Source of the DNA: Thermoanaerobaculia bacterium
Lineage (GTDB): Bacteria > Acidobacteriota > Thermoanaerobaculia > UBA5066
Direction of reading: 5' to 3'
DNA: 64,000 nucleotides
Assembly (NCBI GenBank): GCA_038245905.1
Contig: JBBRRY010000006.1
Span: 32,001 to 96,000 of the forward strand
The notes under the pieces are model-generated. The model made no database searches. It saw only the letters and a list, made by a program, of their open reading frames with translations, and was not told the origin of the DNA. Made by a program: the position numbers and the translations under genes. Shown piece by piece: positions 60,254 to 64,000 of the stretch (position 1 is the first letter of the stretch; each line of letters opens with the position of its first letter).

Positions 60254-61671
60254 TGCTCGTCACGGCGGAGCACCCCTCCGAGACCGATCTCATGAACCTC
60301 GCGACGGGCCGCGAGCCGGGCGACGCGATGGCCTCGGCGAAAAAGCACATTGACGAAGGCTGTCGCCTCTGCACGCGCCGCCTCGGCGAACTCCAGCATC
60401 TCGTCTCTGCCGTGAAGGAAGAGCACGCGTTCGACGCGATCCTCGAGAGCGAGAGCGAGATCGTCCCCGATCTGCCGCGCCCGGCCATGGGTCGCACGCT
60501 TCCCTTCGTGAACGCGAAGGCGCGGACCTCGATAGAAGACATTTATCATCTCTCGCAGACGGCCGAGAAACCCGCCGAGTTCATCGTCGACGCCGCACGC
60601 GCGGGGGCCGACGAGCTTGCCGCCGCGCTTCGCGCGCTGGATGGCAAGCCGTATCGCGGCTTCGCGCTGCTGTATGCGGCACAGAAGGCGTTCTCGCTCG
60701 TCCCCGAGGATCCGGTCCGCGCAAGGCTGGTTGCCGATCTCCTTCTTGCCGAAGCTGCGACACTTCCCCCGGCGACTCCGGATTCCCGCGCCTCGACCCC
60801 CGCACCTCGCCAGGCCGCCCAGGCAGAAGCGACGCTCCTGAAGGCGTACACGTTCCTTCAGTCCAGTGAGCCCCTCCTTGCGCGTGAGGCCATCGCCCCC
60901 GCACGCGAGTTCTTCCGTGAATCAGGCGATCTCGGCTTCGGCGCAGCTCTATGCGACTACTACGAAGGCCAGGCCGCGAGCTATTCGCGTGACTACGCAT
61001 CCGCCGAGCGGCTTCTGAAGCGCGCCCTCGCAACCTTCTCGGAATTCGGTCAGGATCATCTTCGCGCACGAGCCGAGGTCGCACTCGGAACGCTTCTTCT
61101 CCACCGCGGCCAGAATGTCCGAGCACTTCAATATCTCGAGAGAGCCTCGGGTTGCTTCGACCCGGAGCAGGACGCGCAGTTCCTCGTCCCCACGCTGAAC
61201 AACCGCGCTCAGTGCCTCATGCGCCTAGAGAGGTTTGACGAAGCGCGAGCCGCGCTGGCGAAGTCCTTGAGCCTGTGCCTGCGTTTCGGCTTCCGCTCGC
61301 ATCTCCTGTTCGTACGGAACGGCCTTGCCGTGCTAGACGTGCATCGCGGTCAGTTCAAGCGCGCGCTGGGCGCCTTCGGTCAGATCGCTAAGGAAGTCAC
61401 CTCGCCGATAGACGTCGCGTTCGCGCGCCTCTACGTCGCCGAGTGCCACGCTCGCCTCGGGAGCTACGGTCCGATGGCGGCGGAGATCGAAACCCTGCGC
61501 CGCGAACGGCAGGCGAATCCCTTCGCTCCGTCGCCCGCCTTCGGCGAGCTCTTTGTCTGCCTCGACCAGGGCACGATCGACGCCGACCTCATCGCGCACG
61601 TCCGCGAATACCTGCAGGAAGAAGAAAGCGGCGTGAAGCGTGCGTATCGAGCTCTGCGCCTCGTCGGCTAG
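60244..61671 (+). CDS. ZAS (zf-HC2-like) domain + TPR-repeat cytoplasmic protein, putative anti-sigma/peptide receptor
   Basis: H...HIDEGCRLC at the N-terminus; TPR-like repeats; overlaps the sigma stop; no TM. Confidence 0.75.
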   Translation: MPLVLVTAEHPSETDLMNLATGREPGDAMASAKKHIDEGCRLCTRRLGELQHLVSAVKEEHAFDAILESESEIVPDLPRPAMGRTLPFVNAKARTSIEDIYHLSQTAEKPAEFIVDAARAGADELAAALRALDGKPYRGFALLYAAQKAFSLVPEDPVRARLVADLLLAEAATLPPATPDSRASTPAPRQAAQAEATLLKAYTFLQSSEPLLAREAIAPAREFFRESGDLGFGAALCDYYEGQAASYSRDYASAERLLKRALATFSEFGQDHLRARAEVALGTLLLHRGQNVRALQYLERASGCFDPEQDAQFLVPTLNNRAQCLMRLERFDEARAALAKSLSLCLRFGFRSHLLFVRNGLAVLDVHRGQFKRALGAFGQIAKEVTSPIDVAFARLYVAECHARLGSYGPMAAEIETLRRERQANPFAPSPAFGELFVCLDQGTIDADLIAHVREYLQEEESGVKRAYRALRLVG

Positions 61672-61700
61672 ACAAAATCCTCACTCTGCCTCGTTTCGAC

Positions 61701-61730
61701 TCGGCCGCCTTCGGGCGGCCGAAGTTTTTT
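61701..61730 (+). terminator. Rho-independent terminator
   Basis: TCGGCCGCC-TTCG-GGCGGCCGA hairpin followed by AGTTTTTT. Confidence 0.8.
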
Positions 61731-61825
61731 CGGGCGTCGGGGGTCAAAACGACCGGTGTCCCCTGTCTAAGTAGATGAAGGGCAGGAGTAGTGGACACCT
61801 GTCCGGCTGCGGGGTAGGAGGACGT

Positions 61826-61978
61826 ATGGACTTTCTTTTCGCATTTTTCAATGTGTTTTCGGGTTTTCTGATGGATGACGCCAGCGTGGTCGGATACCAC
61901 CGGGGCGCGTCGATCGCCTCGACGCCCATCGGGATCGCCTCGACGCCCATCGGAATCGCCTCGACGCCTATCGGCTGA
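61826..61978 (+). CDS. 50-aa peptide precursor ending in (IASTPIG)x3
   Basis: AGGAGG RBS; MDFLFAFFNVFSGFLMDDASVVGYHRGAS-IASTPIG-IASTPIG-IASTPIG*; only synonymous differences among the repeats. Confidence 0.75.
   Translation: MDFLFAFFNVFSGFLMDDASVVGYHRGASIASTPIGIASTPIGIASTPIG
61913..61975 (+). repeat. 21-bp tandem repeat x3 (ATCGCCTCGACGCCYATCGGV)
   Basis: Copies start at 61913, 61934 and 61955; followed immediately by TGA. Confidence 0.95.
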
Positions 61979-62055
61979 GACGACCCGGATCGGTACGGAT
62001 TTTACAAACGCCGCGCGGCGCCTAGGGGTTTGTTGCGCCCGAAAGGAGTATCGAC

Positions 62056-62466
62056 GTGCTGAGAAGTCACCTGCCGAATGAAGAGCCGGCTGGCGACGTC
62101 ACGCTGTCGATGATGCTCCATGCGCCGCACCCGGTCGTCGTCGCGAGTGCGAGCGAACCTGGGAAAGTCCTCCTCCACCTCGAGATCCGCAACAAGACGC
62201 TTCAAGCATGGGAGGGGTCCACGGAAGCGGGTCCTCTCCTGGAGCTGGTCCTCCTCGACGCAGAGGGCCACGAGCGCTCCCGGCAGACGCGCCAGTGCCG
62301 GATGCTCGCTTATCCCACCCGCCTGGAGCCCGGGCGGGGATTCAACCTCCCCCTCTTCTTCAACCTGCCCGGGCTCTCCACTTCTGGCGAGGACTTCCGC
62401 GTCGAGGTCCGCCTCGTGCCCGGCCGCGAAGTCCTCACCGGCCACCTCCGCGTCGAACCGCGCTGA
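62056..62466 (+). CDS. Hypothetical beta-rich (Ig-like, possibly BsuPI-like) protein
   Basis: RBS AAAGGAG before GTG; LEIRN...LLDAEG...LEPG pattern. Confidence 0.55.
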   Translation: MLRSHLPNEEPAGDVTLSMMLHAPHPVVVASASEPGKVLLHLEIRNKTLQAWEGSTEAGPLLELVLLDAEGHERSRQTRQCRMLAYPTRLEPGRGFNLPLFFNLPGLSTSGEDFRVEVRLVPGREVLTGHLRVEPR

Positions 62467-62482
62467 CGCGCGGGACTGCGGC

Positions 62483-63886
62483 TCAGCTACGGGGCGAGTC
62501 CACTCGACGCAACGGCCGATAGGCCCGCTTCACGCCGTTCTCTTCGTCCTGCATGTATCCGCGGACGTGAGCAATCAGGTCCGCGTCGATCGTGCCCTGA
62601 TCGAGCGACATGAAGAGTTCGCCGAAGGCCGGCGAAGAAGCGAAGCGGTTCGTCTGCCGCTCGCGGCGCAAATCCTCAATCTCAGAGGCCATGGATTCGT
62701 AGGCGCTGAGGCGGCCGTGGCACTCCGCAATGTAGAGGCGTGAGAAGAGGATTTCCTTCTTCGAAGCGAGAGGGCTTGCCTCACGGACGATTTCTGCGAA
62801 AGCGCGGAGCGCGCGGCGGTACTCCCCGCAGCGGAAGTTCAGCTCGGCAAGACCCGTGCGAACGAAGAAGAGATGCGACGAATGATTGTGCCGGCGGCCG
62901 AAACTAAGGGCCTTCGCAAACGTCGTACGCGCTTCGTCAAGACGCCCGAGCCGCATGAGAAAGGTCGCCCAGTTGTTGAGGAGCATTGTCGTCCGCTGGC
63001 TCCCCGTGCCCGATTCAGATTCAAACGCGGGCAGGGCGGCATCAAAGCATTTGAGCGCCCGTTCAAACTGGCCCTCCAGACCGAAGAGAGTTCCGAGCGA
63101 AGCGTTCGCGCGCCCAGCCAGATACTCCTGTCCGAACTCAACGAAGACGGCGAGCGAGCGCTTCAGGAGTCTTTGTGCCCCAGCGTAATCTTTCTCAAAT
63201 GTCGCAGCGGTACCCTCGTAGTAATCACAGAGCGCCGCACCGAAGCCAAGATCCCCGGATGCGGCGAAGAATCCTCGCGCCGGTTTGACGGCTTCTCGTG
63301 CAGCCTTCGCTTCTCCCTTCTGAAGCAGGGCTTGGGATTCGAGGAGAGCGGCCTCGGCCTGCACGGCCTGCCGGGGGGCCGGGGTCGAAATGCGGTACTT
63401 ACGATCCGCAGGCGGGAGAGATTCAGCCTCGTCGAAGAGCAGGCTCGCGAGCGAGAGCGCCTTGTTCGGATCCTCGGCGACGAGCGTGCCGGACTTCTGA
63501 GCCGAATATAGCAGCGCGAAGCCGCGATACGGCTTGCCGTCCAGCGCACGAAGGGCGGCGGCGAGCTCGTCGGCTCCCGCGCGGGCGGCCCGAACGATTC
63601 GTTCGGCCGGCTCTTCTGCTTCGCTCGACACATCGACGAGATCGCTGACGAACTGGAAACATCGCGCGTCCCTGCCGTGATCATTCTGAGATTCTTCCGA
63701 CCAGAGCGCCTCCGCCAGTTTCTTCAGGGAACTGTCGAGGCGCCGCGTCCCCGCTAGGCTCGCCCGGCACGCGGCACATTCTGCGAGATGCTTCCGTGCC
63801 GCGAGCGCTTCCGGCTCCCGAAGATCGCGCGCCGCAATCCGGAGCAGCGCTCCTTCGTCAAGGTGTCGCTCAGCTACCGTCTTCAT
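62483..63886 (-). CDS. Second ZAS + TPR-repeat protein, paralog of 60244..61671
   Basis: H...HLAECAAC; shares AARAGADELAAALRALDGKPYRGFALLY and LDQGTIDADLIAHVR blocks; ATG at 63886 overlaps an upstream stop (ATGA). Confidence 0.8.
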   Translation of the reverse strand: MKTVAERHLDEGALLRIAARDLREPEALAARKHLAECAACRASLAGTRRLDSSLKKLAEALWSEESQNDHGRDARCFQFVSDLVDVSSEAEEPAERIVRAARAGADELAAALRALDGKPYRGFALLYSAQKSGTLVAEDPNKALSLASLLFDEAESLPPADRKYRISTPAPRQAVQAEAALLESQALLQKGEAKAAREAVKPARGFFAASGDLGFGAALCDYYEGTAATFEKDYAGAQRLLKRSLAVFVEFGQEYLAGRANASLGTLFGLEGQFERALKCFDAALPAFESESGTGSQRTTMLLNNWATFLMRLGRLDEARTTFAKALSFGRRHNHSSHLFFVRTGLAELNFRCGEYRRALRAFAEIVREASPLASKKEILFSRLYIAECHGRLSAYESMASEIEDLRRERQTNRFASSPAFGELFMSLDQGTIDADLIAHVRGYMQDEENGVKRAYRPLRRVDSPRS

Positions 63887-64000
63887 TTCTTCCCTTCGAG
63901 GCTCAGCCGCAGCTTCCTGAGGCATGCGTTGAACCGCTTCCAGGCCTGCTTTTCACTGAATCCGAACTCGGCCGCGGCCTCGCCGAAGCCCTTCCCCTCC
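63883..64000 (-). CDS. ECF sigma factor, C-terminal region 4 (partial; continues beyond window)
   Basis: Manual translation EGKGFGEAAAEFGFSEKQAWKRFNACLRKLRLSLEGKK*, paralogous to the C-terminus of 59687..60253. Confidence 0.7.
   Translation of the reverse strand, partial: EGKGFGEAAAEFGFSEKQAWKRFNACLRKLRLSLEGKK

Noticed and set aside
61744-61950. Antisense ORF with (MGVEAIP) repeats
   Set aside because: No clear RBS; repeat variation is non-synonymous in this frame but fully synonymous in the + frame
61913-61975. CRISPR-like array
   Set aside because: Repeats are contiguous with no spacers, and there are no cas genes

Overview
High-GC bacterial chromosomal window; gene content and style suggest Acidobacteriota, possibly Thermoanaerobaculia (inference only). 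It carries housekeeping genes (queA 3' end, glnA, alkA/ogt, pcnB, typA, mutL, pepP, sua5/tsaC, RNase II family, ppdK) and an ECF sigma/ZAS anti-sigma operon with two GGAACC-N16-CGTT promoters. An energy-converting hydrogenase-related (Ehr) operon lacking NiFe ligands is led by two HTH-PTS EIIA fusion genes. There is also a MacAB-like ABC exporter and a variant xdh-ssnA-ygfK-ygeW-ygeY purine-catabolism cluster. Top novelty candidates: (1) at 59.7-64 kb, two convergent paralogous ECF sigma + ZAS-TPR gene pairs flank a 50-aa peptide gene ending in (IASTPIG)x3, suggesting a peptide-sensing anti-sigma system analogous to RRNPP quorum sensing; (2) a ~30-bp purine-rich motif with a TTC-N3-GAA core occurs about 14 times, mostly inside genes and often as inverted pairs 83-140 bp apart. 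No rRNA, tRNA, CRISPR array or transposase was recognised. All calls come from reading motifs; no searches were run.
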